64,000 nucleotides of DNA from Eutreptiella sp. 'Long Island Sound 2002'. Lineage: Eukaryota > Protista > Euglenida. Numbering within the stretch: the stretch's first letter is position 1; each line of letters starts with the position of its first letter. The notes beneath the pieces were generated by a model that saw nothing but the letters and a program-made list of their open reading frames with translations, did no database searches and was not told the DNA's origin. Below, in pieces: positions 25,091-38,063 of the stretch. The translations under genes and the position numbers were made by a program. The stretch spans positions 12,772,001 through 12,836,000 of the forward strand of contig OZ038378.1 of NCBI GenBank assembly GCA_964036045.1. The letters are read 5' to 3'.

Positions 25091-25173
25091 AGTATCAACC
25101 AGCCACTAAGCAAAGGTGCAGTATCAACCAGCCACTAAGCAAAGGTGTAGTATCAACCAGCCACTAAGCAAAG
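25091..25173. repeat. Near-perfect 29-bp tandem triplication
   Basis: agtatcaaccagccactaagcaaaggtg(c/t) at 25091, 25120 and 25149. Confidence 0.95.
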
Positions 25174-26851
25174 ACCTGGTCTGGTAGCACTGGATAAGTG
25201 CTGCCAGACCACAAGCCGTCGACTTCGGATCGGAAATTCACTTCGACCTGAAGCACACCTGTTGGGCGCAGCAGCCCACTTGAATGAGTGAAAAGCCTGA
25301 ATCGGAGAAGATATACCAGACTGAAATGCACGCAGTTGAACATGAATGGACAAGGCTGTGGGGTGACTATTGGTGCAGTCATGCAATCCCAAGGAGGCAT
25401 ACGTTCCTCACCAGGGAATGTATTGCCGTCCTGCCTTTACTGTAAGGGGGAGGAGAGGGCTACATATCCCCCAGAGGTTTGTCTAGGGAATGTTGTCCCA
25501 CTTCGTGCGCATGGCCTGCACATGCTTTCAAGAACTAGATGGAGTAGGAAGAATAATGTGAACCCAGAAAATGTACAACTGTGACCATGATTCACGGGTA
25601 GATCCAATTGCACGAACCCAACTGAATGTTCCTCCAAGACCGGCTCATCAATTACATGTGGCAAACAGCACAAGCGAAGAGTGCAAAGAAGAAGGAGGCA
25701 ACCTCTGGCGCACTATGCTAAAGCTGTTTGCTTCTCCGCAACCTCTTCTTTCCCTCCCTTTGCAATATTTGCCACCTTTGCGACCACATTCTACACCTTT
25801 GCCACTTCCATGTATCCACCTTGGCTACCTCGAGTTGCTACCTGTCCACGGCCTTCAAACATTGTCCCTCATGACCTTTGCAGTGTTCGGTCTGTACTAC
25901 TACTTGTGCATAGGCCTGTTGTGTATGCATTGTCATCCACACTCACGGCTACTCTTGGAGGGTGTTTGTGCACAGCACACACAACGCAGGCACGGCGCGC
26001 GCACATTACAGGGATAAATTGGGGATTTTTTGCTACCATTGACAATATTCTTGCCTCTGTGGACCATACTATACCCCCACAATGTTGCACGACCTGCGGT
26101 TTGACGCCAACTCACAGTCGTGGGCGGAACCCATCCAAACGTCTCGAATGACCTTCCAATGCCATAGACGGGCAAATCAGTCGAACAGTAGTGTTGCGCT
26201 CCTTCTTGTTCTGACAGGAGTGTGCCGTAGTCTTCAGAGTGCGCCCTGTGTTGGGCCTCGGGTTTGATGTTGAGCGTGAAGGCGATCTGCCCCATTGGCG
26301 TGAATGTCCCAACCCCGATGCCGACCAGGAATGTGACATCCGCTGCGCCGGTAGAGATGGACTACTGGCGGTCGAAGGGGAGGGGGACCGCACCGGCCGG
26401 CTTGCCCCGCATGGTTGTGACACCGACGTAGACGGTGTATTCGGCCGCCGCGATGGCGGGGGATCGTGCCGCTTAGCCTCTAGCGATGCGAGGAGACTAC
26501 GGCCGTAATTACTGGGAGAGGGTGGCGGTGATGGTGACCGCACCCGGTACTCCCTGGGCTCATTGTTATTGATACTAGGCACACGGTTTTGCTTAACCAC
26601 AGGGGGGGGGGGTTAATTTAGGGACCCACCCACCCAGAATTTTGGCATACCCACAGACCGACAAATGTCCCAACCCCCCCCCCCCCCCCGGGGGGGGGGG
26701 TCTGACACCCACCCACCCATGTACCCAATTGAGACATGCAATACAGAAGACCAAGTTTCTCACAGAGGTGAACAACCATCATGTCAGTCTGATTGTCATC
26801 ATCACTGCTCGACGCAGAGGATGAAACCAGATCAGAGCTGGAGGACGAGGC

Positions 26852-28166
26852 TCAAGCGTCACTGTCTGAAACATCGATGTGAATGACATCGGAGTGCTTC
26901 CGCTTCTTCCCCCTTTGCTCTTTTTCTGTCTCTTTCTTTTTTTCAGAGCCGCGGTCGCTACGCGCCACACGGAAGCGCGAACGTCGTGCACTGGTACTTA
27001 CAATTTCCCAAACAGGTGCAAAATTGTACTCTGTCCAGGGTATACTGTCCAGGGCCATAATCAAATATTGCTCCACCAACCTGGGTTTGATGTGCAACCG
27101 TTGGGGAGCAAGCAGCCGTGTCAGTCGCGAAAATGCTTGCTCCACCACGCCATCACCTGGGGCCAATGCGAGTGCGCATCTAAGCAGCAGATGCATGCAG
27201 GGAAACAATGTCCTGCTGCAAATAATATGTTTTAAAAAGGCCCTGGAGTCCACAGCTTCAGGGCTGTTTTATATACAACCTTCATTTGATCAAACTCCTG
27301 CAAAATAGCCTCCCATGTCATGGAAGGAAATCTCTTTTTCCAATGTTCAAAAACTGCCTGCAAGTCCTGCACACCGTAGGACTGCAACGTGGCATCAACT
27401 GGCCACTTACTGACATCCAGCCAACCGAAATAGGCCGATTGGCAAAGCGTGTGCTCATTTCTTCTAAAAAACCGTCGCGGATACGTTTTAAAGCATTGGT
27501 CATAGAGCCTCCCATGGTCAGTTTGATGTCATGGAAGGTATGGACGCCTTTCGGCTTTTCCACAACCGCCCTGGTGAACGCAGAAAAATGGGGCTCATCA
27601 GAGACGTTGGCCCTGAGCGAAGTCTCCAGCTCCTGCATGATGCCGTCACGTTCAACGAACGTGACGTCATGTGCTTGGAGCTTTTTCTCCGCTTTTGTCA
27701 CAATGTGAGCAATGTCAATCAGGCCTGCCACCATTTGCAGGAACCTGACATCAGACCACTTTTTTTCAAGCAGGACCAACTCAGGGCCCTTCTTTTTAGC
27801 TTGGGCGGCATACTTAAGCATCTGCACAGTGACCATGTGCCAGACTTGCAAAAAATTTTTAAGAGACGTACGTAATCCCAACATCCAGCGACCCTTATGA
27901 ATGCGCCGCAGTGTGCGAAAATCGGGGTTTTCTGCAGCTGTCTCCATTTCCATGAGCTCCTTCTTCCGAAACACTTTCACGACAACCCCAATGATGGCCA
28001 GCACGTCTTTCACAAAAGGCTCCAAGCGGAAAGCATGTACCGCACAACGCTCTAGTTGATGGCAGTCATCCACCCTAGGCAGCAAGTCAGCCAGAAAAAC
28101 ATTCCTGACGTACCTATGCAGGGCGTGGTTGACACTGGCACCATCATATGCCATTTGCAGCAAAAA
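26852..28166 (-). pseudogene. hAT transposase, 5'-truncated and split into two frames
   Basis: YDGASVN...DDCHQLE matches the hAT DGA...HC-x-x-H region. The C-terminal APGDGVVEQAFSRL...QRLHI matches the hAT dimerisation domain (ERxFS). The N-terminus and first catalytic Asp are absent. Confidence 0.8.
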
Positions 28167-28285
28167 GCATCCTAGCCCCTTTATGGGCGTGGGGCAGACA
28201 CAGCAACTGTGGGGTTTTAGCGTTGCCCCCTTCGCATTTGACACAAATGACAATGCATCCTAGCCCCTTTATGGGCGTGGGGCAT
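28167..28285. repeat. 30/31-bp direct repeat at the hAT deletion breakpoint
   Basis: gcatcctagcccctttatgggcgtggggca at 28167-28196 and 28255-28285 (one extra T), with a 58-bp spacer. Confidence 0.9.
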
Positions 28286-30691
28286 GCACACGCGATATGC
28301 AATGCCATGTAAACACACCATAAATAAACATGTTACATGGAACCTGCAACAGATGAAAGAAGGAAGTGGCACTAGCTCGATAGACCCAAGGGCCCCCACA
28401 AAGTCCCACCCCACCCGGGGGGGGGGGGGGGTTGGACACCCACCCATCCTGAAATTCTGCCAGACCCCCCCCCTGGGTTAGGACGGACACTAAGCAAAAG
28501 CCTGACTAGGCAATACTATGCAGTCTGGGTATGGTACTGTACAAACTTTGTGCACAGGGCACACACAGCGTGGGCACAGCGCGCAATACGCCCCCTTGCA
28601 TATACCCTTGCACCTTTTGAGCTCAAGAACATTAGAATAAATTTTGGGAAAAGAGAAAAACAGGGGGGTTGGTTCACAAGGTGATTTGGAGAACCTGTAA
28701 AGTATGCCAAAAGCCTCCAAACTGGTGTTTCAATGCTGGCCATGGTACCAAAAGTCTGCATTGTGTGCACATCATATGTGCGTGAACAACATTCGCCTAA
28801 GGTATTGCCTTGCAGGGGCATTGTGGAGTTACTTGGAATACCCTTCCACAGCCTCCAAACCTTTGTCAATCAGTCAACACAATTCCTAAGACACCATGCA
28901 TATAGGTGTGGCTTGTGAAAAAAAAATGCTTGCATGTATGCACCACTTTTACCTACCTGTGTTTACTTGCCGAGTTAGTTACCCAAACTACGCGTAGCAG
29001 GGCGCACCACGGGTGCCGCAAGATAAGCACCCCCATTGTCCTGCTTTAGAAGGTGGTTGAGGAGGGTTTCCTATCTAGTGGGGTTGATCCAATATGTATG
29101 CAGTGCCCAACGAGTGCATCATTTCCAGGGGCCTTTTGCAGGCGCAAAAGGCCATCATCAGCACGAGAGACAAGGGGGCTTACTCCCACTGAGGCCTTGA
29201 AATATGCACATTGACTAATTGGCAATCACAGAGGACACTTCCCACAAGTCCCAGCAACTGTGTGACCAAACGGCCACTTCCCTGGAACGATCGTTTCAGA
29301 GCCCTGGCGAAATGTCTAAGGAATGAGCCCATGGAGAACACCCCGTAAGATTTGGGGCTACGGTGGTGCATGACAGAGATGTGCCACTCTGGATGCAGTT
29401 GGGAGGGCTCATACGCCCTTGGATGCCACGAGAGTCAGTTGCCCCCGAGAGGCGGCGTTGTGGACTGCCTTGCCACTCAGGTCTCTCTGTCATCGCACAC
29501 AGCGTTGATGACGGATTGCACCCCAAGCAACCACTGCCCTGGCCGAGCTGTTGAGGGACACCACGCGGATTGCACATCTTACCCCCGAGAATCGGCATAC
29601 TCCTCCGTGTTTCCCCTCCAACCCATTGCACACATGTACGTACACCCTACCAGAGTACCCCCCGGCCTGAATGGACACACAGGGGCAGTCATTCGCCACA
29701 TTTGCCTCTGCATGCGGCCCTGGTCTCTGCAGTGTCAGTGCTATTCAGTCTCTCATTAGTAGTGAGGGTGCCACCCCACCCTCGTGGGGAGGGGCGGGTT
29801 TCTACGGCCATAAGAAAAGTGCGTGTACTCCAAATCGGCCTCCAAGTCCGGGCCGTGTGGACTTTTCCCGGACGGACATTGTTGCTGGTGTGAGTGGGTG
29901 GAGGCTGGTGTCGTCCAGCGCACCTGACCCCCCGCCCTTCTCACCGTGGGGGTGTCAGTGTGGGCATTGCGCGTGGTGTTGCTGGCTGTTCAGGGCGGAT
30001 GGTACATGGGAAACACCTGCGGACATGCGTCCCCAGACTCGGAATCAAGGTCAGACAAGTCGCAGCCCTGTAGGCCCGTGGGGCGAGAGACCCAGTGCAG
30101 CTGCGCACCGCAGAGTAGGGGAGAGAGGAGAGCCCTGTAGACCCAACCTACGCCCCCTCTGCGTACGGCCCCCTCTTTGTTTGTCACTGCCCCTTGTCCG
30201 GCCCCTCGATAGAATGGTACCAAATGAGGGATGAGGTCCAACATTTGAAGGGTCATGCCACCCAAAAGTGGGAGTGTGGGCTGTACAAGGACAACTCATG
30301 GGCACGTTGGGGTCATGCACGGAAGGGGAGCGGCGGCTGGAGGTTAGCATTGTTTGGAGGCTGAGGCATGAGTGGGAGCCGCTGAGCCGTGCCGCGCTTG
30401 AGGACGAGGTGGGGCTGCAGGCACGAGGGCAAAAGCGGTTATTTGCCCGAGCTCGCCTTTCACTTGCGGGCAATGGAGGTATGCAACGGTCGGAGCTGGG
30501 GATTGACGGGGAAGGGGGGGCGAAAGCGGTGAAGTCCAAACATGAAACGTACGGGGCCGTACGGGGACACGAACATGCCAACCTCGTGCCGCATGGGTTT
30601 GCCTGCAGGTGCCTTCAGGGCGGGCGATCCTGCTGCTGCCCCTGCTCTGTCCCCTGGTACACTCGCAGTGACCCCAGGCACTTGTTGGGGG

Positions 30692-31223
30692 CTACCACTC
30701 CGTCGCAACCGCCCGCTCCGGATACACGGCCTGGCAGGCGGCCGGCACCCGCACAACCCCCGACGCCCGCGCCCCCTCCAGCATCGCTCGCCACTTCTTC
30801 CGCCGCCACAGCGGCTGGGGCCGGGGGTACCACGGCTTCAGCCCCGCGAAGTGCACCACCGGCAGCAGCGCGAGCCCCGCGGGGCTGCGCAGCGCCCCGT
30901 CCACCCGCAACGACCGGCGCACGTGGTGGTAGATGTACAGGAACAGGCCCTGGTCCACGTGGGCCTGCGAGAACTGCCACCGCGTCATCCGCCGGCGGTG
31001 CCGCCCGGGCCCACAGTCCGGGGCCAGCGCCGGGTCCAGGGGCCCCGTGCCGTTCCAGCCCCGGTGCACACCGAAGCGGCCGGCGCGGACGGTCCAGTAC
31101 ATCTGCCAGAACGCCGCGGCGCCGGGCACCAACCGGAACTGCCCCACGTTGATGGGCTCGCACACGCTGTGCAGCCCGGCGTACTCCTCCGCGATCGCCG
31201 CGGTGAACAGGTGCCGCAATGAC
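30692..31223 (-). CDS. GT8-like terminal exon
   Basis: SLRHLF...PINVGQFRLVP...HVDQGLFLYIY...VVHFAGLKPWY...stop at 30692. Confidence 0.8.
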
Positions 31224-33178
31224 CTGCGCAGGGGCGGTGGTGCAGACATGCGGTGCGGAGGGGGGGAAGGGCTTTGAACGCGGGGGCCGTGCCGCAGGCG
31301 GTCGTTTTGCGGCCGAAGGTCGAAGCGTGTCACTCCAGAAGCCGCATGACAGAGAGGCCCCTCAGGCCACAACGCCAAAGAGGGTGGCGGTTCAGTTCTG
31401 ATGCGCCTTCAGTCCGCACACCCCCGCCCCCGTGGACAGTCCCCCGAAACTTGCGACGGTCCCCCCAACGCCCAAAAGGGACGGTCACCAAATGGCAGGC
31501 CCCCCTTCGGGCGGACTGTGCAGGGGCGGGGGGGGGGGGGGGGGGGCAGCAAAGATGTTTGACAGGGACGGAAACCGAGAAACCCAGGCTCCGTAGGTCT
31601 AGGCCTGGCCGCACCGCACCATCTTGGGGCCCGCAGGGCCTTCCGGGGGACTACATTACCCCTGCCATCTCGGGGACCCCCAAAAGGGGAGAGGAAGCAA
31701 ACCGCTACATAACCCCTGCTGTCTCAGGGTCCCCATGTTGGGGTAGAGATGGCCCGAAAGTCTCCGCCAAGCGGCACTATAGCACTGTCATGGCCCCAGA
31801 TATGTACGTGTACGCATGTATATGCGGATATGTATACGCGACGCATACCCGGCGTATACGCGACGTATGCGTGCACACGTCCACGCGTGAACGTGCGTGT
31901 AGGTATACGTGTTTATGCGTATACGTATACGCGTATCCTGACACCATCTCTATGTAGGGAGTCTGCGTATCCTCGTATACGTACACGCGTATACATGCAT
32001 GCATGTAGGCACTGTGATCGAACTTGTAGACGCTGTGCACATGTACGTTTACCTGAGTATAGTCTGTAGAAGCTGTGCATACATGTAGACACTGTGCATA
32101 GTTTGTCGACACTCTGCACAGTCTGTAGACACTGTGCACATACACGTTTACCCGGGTATAATCTGTAGACACTGTACACAGGTGGCGTACAACGTAACGT
32201 GCACATATTGTGGACACTGTGCACATGTTGTAGATGCGAAGAGACAATATTCAAGAAGGGGGGCGAAGGCCCCCTTCCCAAAACACAGGGCAGCGTTTAC
32301 CCGTGCACAGGGGTCAGGTTGTATCGCCATGGCTTCAGTATACGCAGCGTATACGCGTATATGCAGACTCTCGCTATAGACATGGTGACGCGTACATGCG
32401 GAGACGTGCGAATACGTACAGCCCTCCATGGCCCGGACAGCCGAGAGGGGGGAGGGGGCTGGGTCCTTGGGTTGGCGATCGCCAGGATTCCTGGGCTGAG
32501 AAACGGTGCCGACCTGAAGTGGGAGGCTCCGTGGACCATCCTCGTTAGGACCCCTCAAATCAGTGCGTACACCCGGAGGTACCCACCGGCACTCAGTAAG
32601 GGACACACACAAGTTCGCGTGGGATAAACACTGCACACCCTACGTCATTCTTTGGCACAGAAAAGATGCCCACAACAAATTCATTGGAATGAGGACACTT
32701 CTGGAGGCCATAGGGTCGCGTGTATTTGGACCTCGACACCGCACAACATCGGCCCTAATGTCTCTTGTGTGGTCATGGTGGCCAGCCCGCGCTTGGCCGT
32801 GGTCTACGGTTCCATAGACTACAAAGAGGGCGGAATCAGTAAGGCTGATGCGTAGCACCAGAAACACTATTACTGGCCCCCTCCCCTTTGGTGGTCAGGA
32901 TTGCATGGGCCCCCACACCCCTCGCCATACCCGTCCGCAAAGGCATCGCCATCCAGGAACACCACCACGTCGTAGTCCAGGTTCAGCAACCACGTCTTGA
33001 GGATGACGACCTCGTCGGCAGGGGTGTACTGCAGCGCGGAGGGGATGCGGGGCACCAGCACGGGGACCGCCCCGGCCGCCCGGAGGGCATGCACGTGCTT
33101 GTCCCGCAGCGACGCGTCGTGCAGCACCACGTGCTCCGCGATGTCGGTGCTGTTGCCGGAGGCATGAACCGTCCAGAT
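30692..33178 (-). CDS. Glycosyltransferase family 8-like (GT-A fold) gene, two clear exons, 5' end unresolved
   Basis: Exons 33178-32931 and 31223-30692 are joined by a 1707-nt GT-AG phase-2 intron (GG|GTATGG ... CGCAG|G). Contains DxD motif VVFLDGDAF, INVG, DQGL and HFAGLKPW, typical of GT8. Confidence 0.8.
31795..32430 (+). repeat. GTAGACACTGTGCA-array element with alternating purine-pyrimidine flanks, in the GT8 intron
   Basis: Tandem gtagacactgtgca units, with tatacgcgtatac-type tracts at 31800-32000 and 32335-32420. Confidence 0.75.
32931..33178 (-). CDS. GT8-like exon carrying the DxD motif
   Basis: IWTVHASG...LRAAGAVPVLVPRI...ILKTWLLNLDYDVVVFLDGDAFADG. Acceptor CGCGCAG|ATC; an alternative acceptor near 33230 is possible. 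Confidence 0.8.
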
Positions 33179-33958
33179 CTGCGCGAGGCGAACAGGCACG
33201 CACCAATTTGTGGGGTGACGGCCTCTTCTGCAGGGGGAAAGGGGGCAGATACACAACCTTCAAAGAGCTGCCCGTTGACCGCCCGTTGACGATTTAGCGA
33301 CGGCATTCACGGTCCGGTGATGTCTCCGGGTGATCAACCGCCGGTCGCGTCACCGAATGGCATGGGACACAACGATGTCTGTGGGGCTCACTTCGAGAAA
33401 GTCGTGTGGCAAAGGTGTATTGTCTGCCCCCTTGCGCCAGCCGGCGCCCCCTCCACTCGCCCGGGCTGTCGAAAGACGTCCCCTTTCGGGGTTTCAGGAA
33501 TTCCTTCGGTATGCCGCTACAGCTGCCAGCGTGCACCATGCCCAAAGGTGCTGAAGGCGCCCACCACGCTGTCTACCACTCCCCCTTGTCATGCTTTGCC
33601 ATCATGTGTCGCTCCCCTCTGTACTAAACTCCAGCCCAATCCCATCGCCATTCGTTCCCCCGGTCTGCGGCGTTTCAGCAACCGGCATGCCTCTCTCTAT
33701 CCTGCACTGCTCCAGGATACCCTGCCCACGCGCCATCCAGGCGTGGCTGTGTGTCGTTGAACATCACACTGGGTGGCCCATTGCGCGCATAGCGCTGCCC
33801 ATAACATTGATCCCTGTGAACACTGGAGAGAAAGGGGGACTTCTTCCAACAGAAGATGCCCTGCTCCCCTCCTCCTCCTCAAGGCTTTTCTGAGCAACGG
33901 GGATAGGGGGGGGGGGGGGGCAGAATGAGAAAGGCGGGCATCCACAGCACTTGACCTA

Positions 33959-34196
33959 CCCCCACGGGGGCGGGGGGGGGGGGCTCAGCTCAAGAGGCAC
34001 CCACCCACTCACCGACTGACCAACACAAGGGAAAATATAAGGGGAAAAAATTCCGGGTGCCTTCGGCGCCGGCAATATAGACCTTCCCCTCAAAACCATC
34101 AACCCACTCTTGGCCCATCAGAAGGTCCCAGCAGAAGGAGGCACCCACCATTTTGAAAAAGGCAGGCGTGCCACCCCCCCCCCCCCCCGGGTAGGG
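33959..34196. mobile_element. Possible TA-flanked G/C-run MITE
   Basis: TA|CCCCCACGGGGG ... CCCCCCGGGTAGGG|TA with cccaccca motifs like those at the hAT ends. TIRs are imperfect. Confidence 0.4.
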
Positions 34197-35190
34197 TAGG
34201 CGAAGCACTAAGAAAAAGCATGCTCCGCACACGCAAACGTACGTGTATCAGAGTCAATATAGGGTACCTATACAGCGGCCTAGGGTGGTACTCAAGATGA
34301 ACAAAGGAGCGGTTTCTCCTTCATGCCCAAAGGGAGCGTGGCCACCATCTGGGCTCAGGATGACCTTGTTGGAACAGCACGATGGTGGAGGTCCATTTCA
34401 TGACTGAATTCTGGAGCGCTAGTGGGCCTCATGTCCTGCGGGACCTCTGCATGCGAAAATGTAGCCACTTAGTTCGCCTTGCTCAAGTGGCTATGAAGCA
34501 ATTCCAGACAGCCCCAGACCCTGCGGGGTCCATGATGATTTGTAGCGAAGCCGTGTTGGAGCTGTGGATTTCAGTGCATTATCCGGGGATGGATCTGTGA
34601 ATACCATCACTAGAGTATGCCGTGTTCACCTCCCCTCAACCCCGTGTTAGCGCAGCTGATCACGTCACTGTCTTTTCGTGATCTGTACAAAAGCCCCCGC
34701 TCCCTGTCCTGCACCCCCGCCTGACATCCAAAACCCAAAACCCCAAGTCATCGTTCAACTACCATTGCCCTCTGACCTGCACAAGAATGGCACAGAACAG
34801 CGCATCGTTGTTGGTCCAAACACGCGAGTCCGCCAAAGTGCTCGGGAAATCCTCTATGCCGAATCCGTGCAATATGGCGTCGGTCTCGTTGGGTTCCTTC
34901 AAGTGCAGGATGGTAACGACGGCGTTCCTGCAGATGGGGATGGGCAGGATCAGCTTAAAGTGCAACAACGGAACGCATTGCACCGAGGGGGCACTTGAAT
35001 CGGGCCAGTGTGCCCCCATGAAGCAACCACGTGGTTGTCCATCCTGACCAGGGCTTCCGGGACCACTGTGTGTGAAATCGCCCACAGGGGAAATCGTTCT
35101 GCTCGCTACGAAATCTGTGGGCCTGGTACTCTGGTGCCCGGTGCTCAGAAACGCCTGTGTCTGCGTAAGAGCGTCACGAACACATTGAAA

Positions 35191-35557
35191 GGGGGAATGT
35201 TTGCCCGGCCCATGCCCCGGTGCGCTACCTTTGTATTAAGTATCTCATCTCTAGCCCCAAGTTTAGCCCCACCTAGCGAAGTCCCCCAAGTAGACCGCAC
35301 TAGACCGCAAACCTTCCCTGCAAGGCACCTTGCATAGGCCGAAATATGAGAATTCAACAACACAAAATGTCACTCCCACCACTTCCAACCACCACCCTTG
35401 CCATCGTCAGAAACCGGGTGCAAAGGATGGGCCAGATTCTTAGACACGGCGAGAAGGTTCTCCAGATTGTTTGGTGAGGGGGGGGGGGGGGGGGGCAAAA
35501 ACAGGCACGGGTGGGGAATGGTCAAAAAAAAAATGCCCGGCGCACTAATACTCCCCC
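35191..35557 (+). mobile_element. Dispersed 367-bp non-autonomous element, copy 2
   Basis: Near-identical to 10089-10452, same orientation; both give the spurious ORF ...EVPQVDRTRPQTFPARHLA. Confidence 0.8.
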
Positions 35558-38063
35558 AACTATTGCTCAAATTGCGAGGTGCGAATCATGACAGTAAGCG
35601 AACTGTACTGTTCTTGGGTGGGTGCACTTCCACAACAGGCGCCTATCTCTTGAATGAGAGTGCGCCGCTTCTTGGGGTACAGAGGACAGAGGAACAGCCG
35701 CAGGGCCAGATAGCAAAAGGGGAAATTGTACAATGGTGGAGGACAGAGAGATGCGACCTGCGCGTGGGTGTGAACTCTTGCAAACCGGGAAACGGGATCC
35801 TCCAGCCGCTACGAGCAATACTTGGAAGAGGTAACAACAAAAAACAGAAAAGTAGCAGTGGTACGGAGGTCATGATGCGAGGCACATTTGAAGGGCTGAG
35901 GCCACGTTGAGCATCATCGGAGTAACATGCTGAGCATCATCCGGGTGCATACAAAACACAACATCTGTACACATGTGGTGGGCATGAGGGTGAGTAAGAA
36001 AAGGCACAACGTGACCTGCCTTGCCGAAGGAAGCCCAAACACTTGTCAAGCGCCTCCCCGCCCCACCAAACCTGCGGAGACGTCTTTGAAATTGCTCTGT
36101 GGCCCCACCTGCTCAGACGGCCGGAGGGAGGAAGGGGGGGGGTGTGACCTAATTAAAAAACAGACAAATGCAAACCAGAGGTAATGCACTCCACAGTCAG
36201 GCATAAGTGCATCTTTATTCTCTATGCCAAACCTGGTTGAACCTCAAGACACACAGGAAGGGGGGGGAGGGCGTGTTGATCAAGAATGACGACGATTGAG
36301 CCACTTCTTTGCAGCAGAGAATGTTTCAGCACATCTTCATTTCTCCCACAGTCGATGCACATTGATGGAGCAGATGCTGCATACCACTATGTCTGTGTTC
36401 TGTATTCATTTGGCAGTGAACACAGATGAACAGACGGCCCCAGAGGACGAGGACCCCTCGACACTTCCATGGCCAGGCAGCCAGGCAGGACACCTGCGGC
36501 ACACCAGGGAGATGCTAATGAGGGGCTTGGGGCAATGGTAGGACAGGCAGCTGCTGGCCACTGGCCGCTGGCGAATGGTGAGGTTTTCAGGAATTTCATA
36601 GAATTTACCGTGCAGACATAAAACGAAAGGTGCTGTTGCGACACGTGCTAAGCCCATGCAGCACTAGAGCGCCACCTGATCCAGGGGGGTGTGCATTCCA
36701 TGGAACCTCAGGCTGGGAGGTGCATCAGACCAGCCACCCGTGTGTCCTTGTTCGGGCTCTGCTGCCGAGCGCAGTCCGCCCGTTGCGCAAGGGGAAGGTG
36801 GGCGTTACGCAATGGGCGTGAGATACAACACATGTTCCGAACGTCCTGCTCCTCTGTCATCACCGAGAAGTAAGGCCTGAGATCCCAAGTATTCTCTCTC
36901 TCTCTCCCTCTGCTTAGCGCAAGCACGGCCGGCCTCGAGGGAAGTAAAGGTTAGACGGGGAAGCTGTGCTCATGCAAAGCGGCACTTACGCGTGGGAGTT
37001 GGGCCCCATTACAATAACATTTGCTGACAGACACATCCGCAGAAGTAGAAGTGTTTGCAGTCTCGACCAAATTTCGTGATGAGCAATTACTCAGAACTGT
37101 AGCCCAGCGGATCTTCCGCAACCACCGGCTCACAAAACATGTCATCTACCATTCTTGACCACAAAAACAACGCTCAGACAAGGCCCCCTTGTTTAAACAA
37201 GGCCATGCTAGTGCAAGGGGCGGGATGTACGATAGCTGCATGGGGCAGGAGCCTGGACCCGATTCCAAAATGGTTGGTTCCACAACACTACGCATCGCTT
37301 CATGGGCCCAACTTGACATGGATGCGTCACATGCGGCCCAGTGCCCAGCATTTAGTATTAGCCGCCACTTTATCGACCTGCAATGCGCACTGCTTGACCG
37401 TCTCCTGTTGCCTTGTGGCCTCAGATGCACATCATAGCTGTCAGCGTAGCGCACAGTGATCTCTGGGGTGAGGATAAAAGGATAAAGGAGACCAGATGGT
37501 CATTGAAACTGTCGAGATATCATGACCCCCTAAAACGTCTCCTGTTGACACGTTGGTTTGGCACCATACCTCCTACATTGTTTGGTCATATGCATCATCC
37601 CATGAGGTCTGCTTCACAGGTGTGTGTCACATATGGTCCGGTGCCCGGGATCTGGTGCGGTTCAACACCATGCTACGTCTGTGTTTTGGGGGTCAACTCA
37701 ACACCACAAGATGCTTAGGTGGTCGATTGCTGCAAAGCAGTCAATCAGACTGTGCACTCTGCCCTTGTACCACGCAGTTTTTTGCATCAAATGCGTGGCA
37801 AAGCAAGGCAGCAGGCTTCCTTCATCAGCTGTTGGGGCAATGCCATAAGAGCCACTGAAGAAATTGCTCAGTGCAATTAGGGGAGCAGGGGACTTCTATT
37901 GAACGTGAACACAGAAAAACCCCCGTAATTCATAATTTTCACAACACACGCAAGATTTCAAAGATGTTCATGTGCAATCTTCCGGTCCATACAGCAGTCC
38001 GCTTGCTCTCGCCTCCAAACAAGCAAATCAAGGAGAGTATGAGACTGCCGTTTTTGTGATGAG

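Larger units (their letters stand above)
26600..28475 (-). mobile_element. hAT-superfamily DNA transposon, internally deleted
   Basis: Termini CAGGGGGG.../...CCCCCCTG with C/G-run subterminal motifs. Encloses the transposase frames 28253-27318 and 27253-26852. No TSD found. Confidence 0.75.

Noticed and set aside
25091-25173. CRISPR-like repeat arrays (the 29-bp, 84-bp, 103-bp and 31-bp repeats)
   Set aside because: The units are contiguous with no unique spacers, no cas-like ORFs are present, and the context is eukaryotic.
26586-28490. 8-bp TSD for the hAT element
   Set aside because: The flanks (cttaacca / ggttagga) do not match under the end placements tried.
30268-31222. Plus-strand ORFs of 226-294 aa
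   Set aside because: They are mostly antisense shadows of the GC-rich GT8 exon.
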